Origin: a virus
Taxonomy: Duplodnaviria > Caudoviricetes
DNA: 64,000 nt
Reading direction: 5' to 3' (one strand)
IMG/VR virus record: IMGVR_UViG_3300032285_003957
Location: 160,001-224,000 of that record
Shown: positions 31,069 through 39,686 of the stretch, piece after piece
Layout of the letters: every line of letters begins with the position of its first letter
Numbering within the stretch: position 1 is the stretch's first letter
Position numbers and translations under genes: made by a program
Notes under the pieces: generated by a model
The model's input: only the letters and a program-made list of their open reading frames with translations
The model's database searches: none
Told to the model about the DNA's origin: nothing

Positions 31069-33397
31069 TCCATTTATAAAGGTAACGTGGTCAGACACAG
31101 CCGAAAACTTTACTCCTGAAAAAATCAGGAGAGTTAAATCGTATTTTCAAAACAAATACAATACTAAGCACGTTCAGGTTATCACAAAGAATTTAACGCA
31201 CATTGAAAACACTCGTTTACATTCTTTGGAAGTTACTGATAGCATATTAGACCCACAATATCAAAAAACCTTAATGAAGGATTTCATTAAAGAAAACAAT
31301 ATTGATATCAAATGGGAATTGGTTAATCGTTTGGATGATAAGGTTAACAAACAAATAGATAAGGTTAATGAGAATAAAATTAGATACAATAAATGGTATA
31401 TTAAAAAAGTTGAATTCTCCAACTTTCTTTCATTTGGTGATAATAATGTTATTGATTTTACAAATCTTGACGGCATTACTGTAATTGAATCAACACCTAA
31501 GAACTTCGGTGGTAAGTCAACATCATCTGTTGATTTGTTGTTATTTTTATTTTTCAACACAACAACGAAGACAAAAACAAATGCTGAAATTTTTAATAAA
31601 TTTACGGACAAGAATGAAGTTAGCGTTCGCGGTGAAATATCAATTGATGGTAACGATTATGTAATTGAAAGAAAAACATTAAGAAAGCAAAGTAAATCAG
31701 GTGATTATACTGTTACCAACAAGCTTGAGTTCTATCAAATGAATGATGATGGAACTGTTGTGAATTTATCTGGTGAACAAAGAAGAGAAACTGAAGCATT
31801 CATTGCATCTGCAATTGGAACCGAAGAAGATTTCTTATCAACAATCATGACCACTGGTAATAACTTAGAACAATTGGTTGATTCTAAACCAACTGCTCGC
31901 GGACAAACTCTTACCAAGTTCTTGGGGTTAGAAAATCTTAAATCAAAAGAAGAAGTTGCTAAAGGAATATTTGACGAATGGAAAGTTAAGTTGGTTTCAA
32001 ATAGTTTTGACAAAGCACAATTGGAAAATGACATTGAAACTTTTGAAGCAAGTATTGAAAATTCAAATAACGAAATCGAAAGATTATCAATTGAATTAAA
32101 TAAGTTCAAAGATAAATTAGGTTCATTAAATGAAGAAAGGGACGAAGCGTTAAAGTCAAGAAACAACGATATTGACAGAGAATTAATTAATACCAATCCA
32201 ACAACACTTCAAAATGAAATTAAAACATTAACGACGCAAAGAAATTTAAGTCAAACAAATGCTAATGGTGTTAATGTTGTTGAACCATCACAATATTATC
32301 ACGAGGACCAACACAAAGAATTAAGAGGCCAAATGGCTGAATTACAAGGAATTGATGTTGCGGGAAAATATGAGAAAGGTGAAAAAGAAAAGTTAATCAA
32401 AAAATTTGAAGAAGGAACCGTTTGCCCTACTTGTAATCGTGCATTAGATGATGTCGACCATACGGATGAAATTGAGAAGATTAAAAAGGAAATTGAAGAC
32501 ATCACAAAAATCTTAGAACAAAATCAAATTGCGTTTGATTCATTAAAAGAACAATCGGAGGCATTTGATAAATTAAAAGCCGAGTTTGAAACTTACGAAA
32601 GAAATAAACTTCGTAAAGAAAGATATGAGTTGGAAGTTGAGCAGAAACAATTGGAGATTGATGGTAAGCAAACTCGTCTTGATAGATATGAAGAGAACAA
32701 GAAAAAATTAGAAGACAACCAAAAAATCGATGCTTTGGTTATTGCTTTAAAAACTCAAATCGAAACAACTGAAGGTGATATTAGATTAACAAATACGCTT
32801 ACTGAAAGACACACTAACAACATTCAAACCATGAATGAAAAAATTGGTGTTAATAAAGATTTGATTGTTAAGATAACACAAGAAGAAGAATTAATGGCAG
32901 TCTTTAAAACATATCTAACCATTTATGGTAAGAACGGTATTTCAAAAGTAATCATGAAAAACATGATACCACTTTTAAATCACGAACTTTATCGTTTGTT
33001 GGTGGATAGTTGTCATTTTATTTTGGAGCTTAATGTCAATGATAAGAACGAAGTTGAATTTGTGATGATTGATACCGAAACAAGAATTGCTAAACCATTA
33101 AATGCGGGTTCAGGTTATGAACGAACAATTTCGTCGTTGGCTTTAAGAAGTGTGTTAACTAAAATTTCATCATTACCTAAACCAAATATTGTGGTAATGG
33201 ACGAAGTATTTGGAAAGATTGCTGATGAGAACCTTGAAATGGTCGGTGAATTCTTTAAAAAGATTAAAGATTACTTTGAACACATACTTGTCATATCACA
33301 TAATCCTTTAATACGTAACTGGTCGGATAACATCATTATGATTAAAAAAGAAGACAACGTCTCCTCAATAGATTTTATTACAACAAAAATTTCTTAA
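31052..33397 (+). CDS. Rad50/SbcC/gp46-like SMC ATPase with a ~115-aa N-terminal extension
   Basis: VEFSNFLSFG, NFGGKST (Walker A), coiled coil with CPTC hook, GSGYE signature, VMDEVFG (Walker B), ISH. Confidence 0.9.
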   Translation: MTNLNNPFIKVTWSDTAENFTPEKIRRVKSYFQNKYNTKHVQVITKNLTHIENTRLHSLEVTDSILDPQYQKTLMKDFIKENNIDIKWELVNRLDDKVNKQIDKVNENKIRYNKWYIKKVEFSNFLSFGDNNVIDFTNLDGITVIESTPKNFGGKSTSSVDLLLFLFFNTTTKTKTNAEIFNKFTDKNEVSVRGEISIDGNDYVIERKTLRKQSKSGDYTVTNKLEFYQMNDDGTVVNLSGEQRRETEAFIASAIGTEEDFLSTIMTTGNNLEQLVDSKPTARGQTLTKFLGLENLKSKEEVAKGIFDEWKVKLVSNSFDKAQLENDIETFEASIENSNNEIERLSIELNKFKDKLGSLNEERDEALKSRNNDIDRELINTNPTTLQNEIKTLTTQRNLSQTNANGVNVVEPSQYYHEDQHKELRGQMAELQGIDVAGKYEKGEKEKLIKKFEEGTVCPTCNRALDDVDHTDEIEKIKKEIEDITKILEQNQIAFDSLKEQSEAFDKLKAEFETYERNKLRKERYELEVEQKQLEIDGKQTRLDRYEENKKKLEDNQKIDALVIALKTQIETTEGDIRLTNTLTERHTNNIQTMNEKIGVNKDLIVKITQEEELMAVFKTYLTIYGKNGISKVIMKNMIPLLNHELYRLLVDSCHFILELNVNDKNEVEFVMIDTETRIAKPLNAGSGYERTISSLALRSVLTKISSLPKPNIVVMDEVFGKIADENLEMVGEFFKKIKDYFEHILVISHNPLIRNWSDNIIMIKKEDNVSSIDFITTKIS

Positions 33398-33413
33398 TTA
33401 TTAAAAGTTTCAC

Positions 33414-33421
33414 TATATTTG
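33414..33421 (+). promoter_or_regulatory. Bacteroidota-type -7 promoter element (TAnnTTTG) upstream of clpP
   Basis: TATATTTG, an exact match to the TAnnTTTG consensus, in the short gap before clpP. Confidence 0.5.
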
Positions 33422-33438
33422 TTCAATAAACATAAAAT

Positions 33439-34152
33439 ATGACACAAAATCAATTTAAACACGACTTTGAGCTATACGCTCGCAGCAGCGGTATCGGCTC
33501 ATTAAATTTGCACAATTACGAAAAGCAAATCGAATCCCAAAGAAGTGGTGCTAAAAACAGTTTAACACCTTATATTCTTGAAGAGAGAAGCTTAAATGTG
33601 ACAGTGATGGATGTATTCTCACGCTTGATGATGGAACGCATCTTGTGGGTTGCAGGTGAAGTAAACGACAACATGTCAACAATTGTCCAAGCACAATTGA
33701 AATTTTTAGAGAGTGTTGACCACAACACTATTACTATGCATATCGATAGTCCTGGTGGCAGTGTTAAATCGGGTTTATCTATGGTAAACGTAATGAAATG
33801 CATCGTTCCTAAAATCAGAACAATTAACACAGGTATGGCCGCTTCAATGGGTTCAGTTTTATTGGGTGCAGGTTCTAAAGGATTAAGAGGTTCATTAGAA
33901 GATTCTGAAACAATGTTACACCAATCATCGGGCGGTGCGGTTGGTAATATTCAAGACGCCGAAATTAGTATGAAACAATGGAGAAGAATAAATGACCGTT
34001 TATTTTTCCTTTTGGGTAAATTTAGCGGAAAAACTGGTGAACAAGTAATGAAGGATGCCACAAGAGATTTATGGCTTACAGCAGAAGAAGCCAAAGATTA
34101 TGGAATAATCGACGAAATTATATATATGGATTTGTCAGAATACGATAAATAA
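33439..34152 (+). CDS. clpP: ATP-dependent Clp protease proteolytic subunit, Bacteroidota-like
   Basis: PYILEER...MDVFSRLMMERI, IDSPGGSV, GMAASMG (Ser), MLHQ (His), RDLWL (Asp). Confidence 0.95.
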   Translation: MTQNQFKHDFELYARSSGIGSLNLHNYEKQIESQRSGAKNSLTPYILEERSLNVTVMDVFSRLMMERILWVAGEVNDNMSTIVQAQLKFLESVDHNTITMHIDSPGGSVKSGLSMVNVMKCIVPKIRTINTGMAASMGSVLLGAGSKGLRGSLEDSETMLHQSSGGAVGNIQDAEISMKQWRRINDRLFFLLGKFSGKTGEQVMKDATRDLWLTAEEAKDYGIIDEIIYMDLSEYDK

Positions 34153-34154
34153 TA

Positions 34155-34180
34155 AAAGGGGCCAAAAGCCCCTTTCTTTA
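34155..34180 (+). terminator. Intrinsic terminator after clpP
   Basis: AAAGGGGC-caaaa-GCCCCTTT hairpin with a T-rich tail. Confidence 0.8.
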
Positions 34181-34188
34181 TATTTATA
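34181..34188 (+). promoter_or_regulatory. Putative late promoter TATTTATA
   Basis: Directly after the clpP terminator and before the membrane cassette. Confidence 0.65.
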
Positions 34189-34202
34189 TAAAAACGTATA
34201 AT

Positions 34203-34583
34203 ATGAAGATTTTAAAATATATAGCATTTATCGTTCTTGCGTGTTTAGTTGGGTATAACTTGTTTACCAATAATGGCATTAAAACGGACGTTGACGCTTA
34301 TAATCGAAAAATTGATTCCATTCAAAAGGAAATTGATTCTGTTGAAACCGAAAACTTAAAATTAAACCAACATATTGCTCAAGTTGATAATGAAATTACA
34401 AAAATTGAGGGTAATGTTACTAATGTTTATAAAAATATAACCGAAATTAAAAATCAAACACATGAAAAAGTTAGCGCTGTTAACGATTATACTATTCACG
34501 ACCTTATCAAGTTTTTCTCAGACCGTTACGAAAACGGACTCGATAGTGCCACTCAAGGTGCCGACAGCAAAGTTAATCATTAA
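34203..34583 (+). CDS. N-terminally anchored coiled-coil membrane protein (i-spanin-like architecture)
   Basis: N-terminal TM helix followed by a heptad coiled coil. Confidence 0.55.
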   Translation: MKILKYIAFIVLACLVGYNLFTNNGIKTDVDAYNRKIDSIQKEIDSVETENLKLNQHIAQVDNEITKIEGNVTNVYKNITEIKNQTHEKVSAVNDYTIHDLIKFFSDRYENGLDSATQGADSKVNH

Positions 34584-34872
34584 AGATTTATTAACTGGCG
34601 ACGGAGCTAAAGCGGAATTGGGTGAAGCCTATAAAGTTATAACTTTAAAGGACCAACAAATTGGTTTATTAAACCAAAAGGATAGCCTTAAGGAAGCCAA
34701 AATCAATAACTTAGAAGTTATAATCGATAAGAAAGATCAACAATTTGCGTTAGAACGTGAAAAGTCTAATAGTTTATTGAAAGAATTAAAAGTTCAAAAA
34801 CTCAAGACGACAATATATAAAGCGGGTTCTGGTATAGGTTTATTAATGACCGTATTATTTTTACTTAAATAA
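34462..34872 (+). CDS. Exported coiled-coil protein with a signal peptide and C-terminal TM helix; overlaps the previous gene by 122 nt
   Basis: MKKLALLTIILFTTLSSFSQ signal peptide, and C-terminal GIGLLMTVLFLLK. Confidence 0.6.
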   Translation: MKKLALLTIILFTTLSSFSQTVTKTDSIVPLKVPTAKLIIKDLLTGDGAKAELGEAYKVITLKDQQIGLLNQKDSLKEAKINNLEVIIDKKDQQFALEREKSNSLLKELKVQKLKTTIYKAGSGIGLLMTVLFLLK

Positions 34873-35507
34873 TGAAAAAAATATTTGACATAAGACACAT
34901 TATAATTGCATTACTTGTTGTGATTGCAATTGTTGAATTTATAAACCCAAAGGGTGTAATGCCACATAGAACAATATTGAGAGTTGATACGATTCCCTAT
35001 GCTGTTCACGATACAATACCCGTTGATTCCTTGGTGGAAGTAGAGGTTGAAGTCCCCGTTCCATACGAAGTTGAAAAACGAGTTGAGGTTCCTGTTCAGG
35101 TTCCTGTGGATACAAATCAAATATTATCAATATTCTTTAAAAAGAATGTGTTTAACAATACGTTAAAATTGTTAAACAATAGTGGAACAGTTTCAATAAC
35201 TGACACAATAAGTGAAAACAAAATAGTGGGAAGAAGTTTCAAAGCAAATATTAAACCAAAAACCATTATCGATACTGTATTAAAAGTGGTTCCACCTAAG
35301 AGTCAATGGTTTGCAGGATTTGAAGTTAAGGTTGATAAACCAAGTGTGGTTAGAAATCTTGATGTTGGTTTAATGTATAAATCAAAAGATGACAAAATAT
35401 TTAAAGTAGGTGTAGGTGTTGAGAATGTTATGACAAGTTCTACCTCAGGTAAGTTTGAACCATATATTGGCGGAGGTGCGTATTTCCCCGTTAAATTAAG
35501 AAGATAA
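34872..35507 (+). CDS. Membrane-anchored protein with VEVPV repeats and C-terminal amphipathic beta strands
   Basis: N-terminal TM helix, VEVEVEVPVPYEVEKRVEVPV, then alternating beta strands ending YIGGGAYF. Confidence 0.55.
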   Translation: MKKIFDIRHIIIALLVVIAIVEFINPKGVMPHRTILRVDTIPYAVHDTIPVDSLVEVEVEVPVPYEVEKRVEVPVQVPVDTNQILSIFFKKNVFNNTLKLLNNSGTVSITDTISENKIVGRSFKANIKPKTIIDTVLKVVPPKSQWFAGFEVKVDKPSVVRNLDVGLMYKSKDDKIFKVGVGVENVMTSSTSGKFEPYIGGGAYFPVKLRR

Positions 35508-35514
35508 CATATAT

Positions 35515-35952
35515 ATGAAAACTTTTATATTATTCATTTTCGGTCTATTTGACGATATGGAAGACATTGAATATTTCTGTAGCGACATTCTATCTGAATG
35601 TAAAACAATATCTTCAGTTCGTTATGTAATTGAAAACGGCCAAAACATTATAGTGATTTTTGACGCAGATGCTGAATATAAAGAATTGGCGCAAGATTTA
35701 TATGCTAATATCGCAAATGAAAACATTAAACTTTATTTTATATTTGAAAGAGATACCTTGGTTACAGCGCATTTACCTCAAAATGTTAAAGACTTTATTT
35801 TTAGACCTTCAAGCCCTGATGATTTCCAAGTTAGGTTGGATTATACCCATACTGACATCACTTTAGATGATGTGTTGGATAAGATAGAAGAGAACGGAAT
35901 CGAGAGTCTTACTCCTGAAGAAAAAAACTTCTTAGATAATTTTGAAAATTGA
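35515..35952 (+). CDS. Hypothetical protein with a C-terminal LDDVLDKI...GIESLT.EE motif (DUF6576-like)
   Basis: Terminal motif recognised by eye. Confidence 0.5.
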   Translation: MKTFILFIFGLFDDMEDIEYFCSDILSECKTISSVRYVIENGQNIIVIFDADAEYKELAQDLYANIANENIKLYFIFERDTLVTAHLPQNVKDFIFRPSSPDDFQVRLDYTHTDITLDDVLDKIEENGIESLTPEEKNFLDNFEN

Positions 35953-35971
35953 CATATTTTTCTTAATTTAG
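35941..35971 (+). promoter_or_regulatory. Bacteroidota-type promoter for the sigma gene
   Basis: TTTG (35941-44), 19 nt, then TAATTTAG (35964-71): one mismatch to TTTG-N19-21-TAnnTTTG. Confidence 0.45.
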
Positions 35972-36002
35972 TCCTTACAGTTCAACACTTAAAATTACCA
36001 AC

Positions 36003-36824
36003 ATGAAGAAAGCTACCATCTCAAACACTGATGAGATTAAACAGTATGTGAAAGACATTCGTAAAATTCCAATTATTTCCTACGAAAGACAAGAAGAAAT
36101 TTTTGCTGAATTGAATGACAAGCAAACAACAAAACAAAGAAAGAAAGAATTGTATGATGAATTGGTAAGAGGTAACTTACGTTTTGTCATTTCAGTTTCA
36201 AAAATGTTTCAAGGTCAAGGGATGGATTTGCTTGATGTTATCTCTGAGGGTAACATAGGATTAATTAAAGCTGCCGAAAGATTTGACCCAACAAGCGGAT
36301 TAAAGTTTATCTCATACGCTGTATGGTGGATTAGACAATCAATCATGCAATCATTAAATGAGAATGCAAGAACAATTCGTATACCATCAAACTTAGTTCA
36401 AGACGCACAAAAAAGTAAACGTAATGAAGTAAGTGCTGAAGATAATTTTCATATCAAGAGCGAAGAGAATGATAAAGAACAACCAATAGGTGTTAACTTA
36501 CCATATTGCGTTGGTTTATATAGAGAGATTAATGAAGAGGGCGACCAATTAATTGATATGATACCAAATCATAATTCACCAAGCCCTGAAGAATCTCTTA
36601 ATTCACCTGAAGAAATTAAGAAAAAAGTTTCTTTGATGTTGGGTATTTTGGACGAAAGAGAAAAAACAATCATCGAAAGATATTACGGTTTAACAGGTGT
36701 TGAATCAAATCTTGAAGATTTGGGTGAGGAATTTGGTTGCACAAAAGAACGTATTAGACAATTACGTGATAAGGCTATTAAGAAGCTTAGAAACGAGAGT
36801 TTTGGGCTCTTAAACTATTTATAA
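36003..36824 (+). CDS. RNA polymerase sigma-70 factor (short, Bacteroidota RpoD-like, no region 1.1)
   Basis: NLRFVISV...DVISEGNIGLIKAAERFD...KFISYAVWWIRQ (region 2) and LEDLGEEFGCTKERIRQ (region 4). Confidence 0.93.
   Translation: MKKATISNTDEIKQYVKDIRKIPIISYERQEEIFAELNDKQTTKQRKKELYDELVRGNLRFVISVSKMFQGQGMDLLDVISEGNIGLIKAAERFDPTSGLKFISYAVWWIRQSIMQSLNENARTIRIPSNLVQDAQKSKRNEVSAEDNFHIKSEENDKEQPIGVNLPYCVGLYREINEEGDQLIDMIPNHNSPSPEESLNSPEEIKKKVSLMLGILDEREKTIIERYYGLTGVESNLEDLGEEFGCTKERIRQLRDKAIKKLRNESFGLLNYL
36816..36823 (+). promoter_or_regulatory. Putative late promoter TATTTATA
   Basis: Overlaps the sigma gene stop and ends 4 nt before the next ATG. Confidence 0.5.
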
Positions 36825-36827
36825 TAG

Positions 36828-38327
36828 ATGATAAATAAAAATTGGTTAAAAATATTGGTAGCAATATCTGCAATTATGATTGCGGGTAGCGCAGCTTATT
36901 TTTCTGTAACAGGATTAGGAGTTTTATTTAGCGGCGCAGCTGTAGCTGTCATGGTAATGGCGGGTTCATTAGAATTCGCTAAATTGGTAACTGCAACTTA
37001 TTTAAAACAAGAATGGGATAATGTTAGTGGCGTTAATAAATGGTATCTAACAAGTGCTGTGGTTATTCTTATGGCTATCACATCGGCAGGTATCTTTGGT
37101 TATTTATCAAATGCTTTCCAACAACAGAATTTAAAATTAGAGCAGGTTCAACGCGAAATCGATGTATGGAATAATAAAATAACTTACACCAATCAACAAA
37201 TCGCCACATTACAAGGACAACAAAAAGATTTATCAACCACACAAAATACCTTATTAAGTAAGGGTAATGTTAATAGTAAGTTAATTAAATCAGCTGACAA
37301 TAGAGATAAACAATCCACAAAGTTATCTAATAAAATTAATTCACTTCAAGACTCAATCGTTGTCTATAACGGTAAAATTAACGACGTTAAAAATGCAAAC
37401 ATCGGTATTGAAAGAGAAGTTGGTGGTTTCCGTTTTGTGGCTGAAGCATTTGGTGTTGAATTAAAATCCGTAGTTAAATTCTTTATTATTTTAATCGTTG
37501 TTGTATTCGACCCATTAGCTGTAGCATTAGTAATTTCATTTAATCAACTTATGCTTGTTACTGGTAAAAAGAAAGAAGAGAAAGAAGAATTAGAACCAAC
37601 AACAAACCCTGAAGATTTAAAAAACTTTGTTGACGAAACGGTTAGATTACGATTAAGCGAAGACGATTTAAAGAAGTTAGAAGAAACTTTATTAAATCCA
37701 CCACCACCAAATGATGCACTTAAAGAAGCAGCCGAAAAATGGAATGGTGTTTCTCAAGAGGTTTGGGATAGAATGGAAAAGATTAGAGAATATAATGAAT
37801 CAATTCACGGACCAATTCTTCCTGAAGATGAACCGGTAGGTGCTTTAGCTAATAGCGAATATAGAGAACGTGGTGAGATTCTTGCTGAGATGATGGCTAA
37901 CGATGAGGAGTTAGGTCTTTATGATGAACCATTTGACAATCCAATGATTAAGAACGACGAAGACCAATCATATGACGTTGAAAATGGAACAGAACAACTT
38001 AATGAATGGGATGTTACTTTAATGGATGGGTTAGATGATGAAGAAAATAATTTCCATGAAGAGCCAACAGTGGAGGAAGAAAATGAAAATTTTTCCACTA
38101 TCGAACCAATATCTGAAAATATTTTCCAAGAAGAGGAATACGCAATACCTGTTGACGAAGCTGTAGATAACGAACCCGAATTAACTTTTGAAGAAGGACA
38201 ATTACCTGACGATATGTTAAAAGTTTTAAATGATGTTCAAACAGAAACGTTTAGTCAGGAACCAACAACGTTATTAGAACAAGATGCAACTACCTCTAAA
38301 GAAGAAGAGGAAGAAAAAAAAAACTAA
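36828..38327 (+). CDS. Multi-TM membrane protein with a periplasmic coiled coil and an acidic cytoplasmic tail; probably extended by a -1 frameshift to 38542
   Basis: Three N-terminal TM helices, a coiled coil, a FDPLAV TM helix and a D/E-rich tail ending in an A10 run. Confidence 0.7.
   Translation: MINKNWLKILVAISAIMIAGSAAYFSVTGLGVLFSGAAVAVMVMAGSLEFAKLVTATYLKQEWDNVSGVNKWYLTSAVVILMAITSAGIFGYLSNAFQQQNLKLEQVQREIDVWNNKITYTNQQIATLQGQQKDLSTTQNTLLSKGNVNSKLIKSADNRDKQSTKLSNKINSLQDSIVVYNGKINDVKNANIGIEREVGGFRFVAEAFGVELKSVVKFFIILIVVVFDPLAVALVISFNQLMLVTGKKKEEKEELEPTTNPEDLKNFVDETVRLRLSEDDLKKLEETLLNPPPPNDALKEAAEKWNGVSQEVWDRMEKIREYNESIHGPILPEDEPVGALANSEYRERGEILAEMMANDEELGLYDEPFDNPMIKNDEDQSYDVENGTEQLNEWDVTLMDGLDDEENNFHEEPTVEEENENFSTIEPISENIFQEEEYAIPVDEAVDNEPELTFEEGQLPDDMLKVLNDVQTETFSQEPTTLLEQDATTSKEEEEEKKN
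38314..38324 (+). other. Slippery site (A10 run containing A_AAA_AAC) immediately before the stop codon
   Basis: GAA AAA AAA AAC TAA; the -1 frame stays open for 72 codons (38324-38542). Confidence 0.6.
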
Positions 38328-38507
38328 TAACGAATTCACAAGAAGAAATCAATACAGAGGAAGACCACCCCTTAAGCACGGAAGATATTCAATCGTCACC
38401 TTTGGAGGAAACGGATACCCAAGACTTGACTAACCCAATAGAAGACTTATATTGGGAAGGAGGGACAAATTTACCTGCCCCACCAAAATCGATATTAATC
38501 ACAAGAA

Positions 38508-39122
38508 ATGTTAGCAATTCACAATATAGAAACAATAGATAGTTCTAAACTGAACATACATAAACGTAAGACCAAGAAGACTCAGATATTATTATATGAT
38601 ACTGAAAGAAGAGTCGATGATTTTATTGCTAAAATAAAATACAGACAAAACGAGAAATATGAAGACATACCTCATTTTGTTGTTTCTAAATTAGGGTTCG
38701 TTTATCAAATATTCGATACTAACTACAGTTCCACCACATTTAGGAATTCTACCATAGATAAACGCATTATTAAAGTTGCGATAGAGAACTTAGGGTGGTT
38801 AAATAAAAATACAATAACTGGTGTTTTAAATAATTGGATTGGTGACCCATACAGAGCTGAACCGTATGTTAGAACATGGCGTGGTCATTTCTTTTGGGAC
38901 AAGTATCCTGAAAGCCAAATGGAGGCCGTATCACAATTATGTGATTACCTATGTGAAAATAATAACATACCCAAACAAGTGGTGCCATCCAATGGGTATT
39001 TGGAAAAAGCAGCTAATTTTAAAGGAGTGGTCTGTAAATCAAACTTTGCGGATATTTATACAGATATAAACCCTTCGTTTAATTTTAGAATATTTTTTAA
39101 TGATGCAAAAGAAATTAGTTAA
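38508..39122 (+). CDS. N-acetylmuramoyl-L-alanine amidase (Amidase_2)-like protein with degenerate Zn ligands
   Basis: QILLYDT, PHFVV..LGFVYQ, AIEN, YPESQMEAV..L...L and DINP map onto the Amidase_2 pattern, but the first and last His positions are substituted. Confidence 0.65.
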   Translation: MLAIHNIETIDSSKLNIHKRKTKKTQILLYDTERRVDDFIAKIKYRQNEKYEDIPHFVVSKLGFVYQIFDTNYSSTTFRNSTIDKRIIKVAIENLGWLNKNTITGVLNNWIGDPYRAEPYVRTWRGHFFWDKYPESQMEAVSQLCDYLCENNNIPKQVVPSNGYLEKAANFKGVVCKSNFADIYTDINPSFNFRIFFNDAKEIS

Positions 39123-39684
39123 CCAATATGACCAAGACAAGAAGTTGTTAAACAAGTTAAGACAACTTAATGAATCATTTTATGCAAAGAAAAGGTCATT
39201 GACCGAGCAAGTGGGTGATACAGGCCCTTCTCAAGAGCAAAGAAATACAAACGACACATCTACATTTGTTGATAATAGCGACCCAAGCGACAAAGCTCAA
39301 GAGGAGCTTAACAATAACATCATGGTTATTAATGATGTTGATGTAAAGATAAATTCAACTGATAAAGCGGATATGAAATTAGACGATAGTCAAAAAACAG
39401 CTATTTCTAATATGATTGATAATTTCAAATCACAAGTTGCTCAAATCGTTGACATGAATCCTGGTATGTCGATTAGTGAAACACAAATCAGATTAGACGG
39501 TGTTTTAACTGATAATGACATTAAATTCGTATTCATTGCGGGACAAGACGGGGGTGTTTATATTAACGCTGAAATGTTAAAAATCGATAATACCGTAACA
39601 CCAATCTTAGATAAGTTAATAAAATTTGAAGATACCTTCAAATCAACATTAGAACCATTTATTGGTCAAAGACAAACTAACTAA
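39100..39684 (+). CDS. Probable internal head/core protein
   Basis: LNES and LTEQ motifs near the N-terminus, upstream TATTTATA at 39053. Confidence 0.45.
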   Translation: MMQKKLVNQYDQDKKLLNKLRQLNESFYAKKRSLTEQVGDTGPSQEQRNTNDTSTFVDNSDPSDKAQEELNNNIMVINDVDVKINSTDKADMKLDDSQKTAISNMIDNFKSQVAQIVDMNPGMSISETQIRLDGVLTDNDIKFVFIAGQDGGVYINAEMLKIDNTVTPILDKLIKFEDTFKSTLEPFIGQRQTN

Positions 39685-39686
39685 AA

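Noticed and set aside
38426-38453. TTGACT-16 nt-TATATT as a promoter explaining the 38328-38507 gap
   Set aside because: Possible but weak, and it does not explain the 72-codon acidic open -1 frame.
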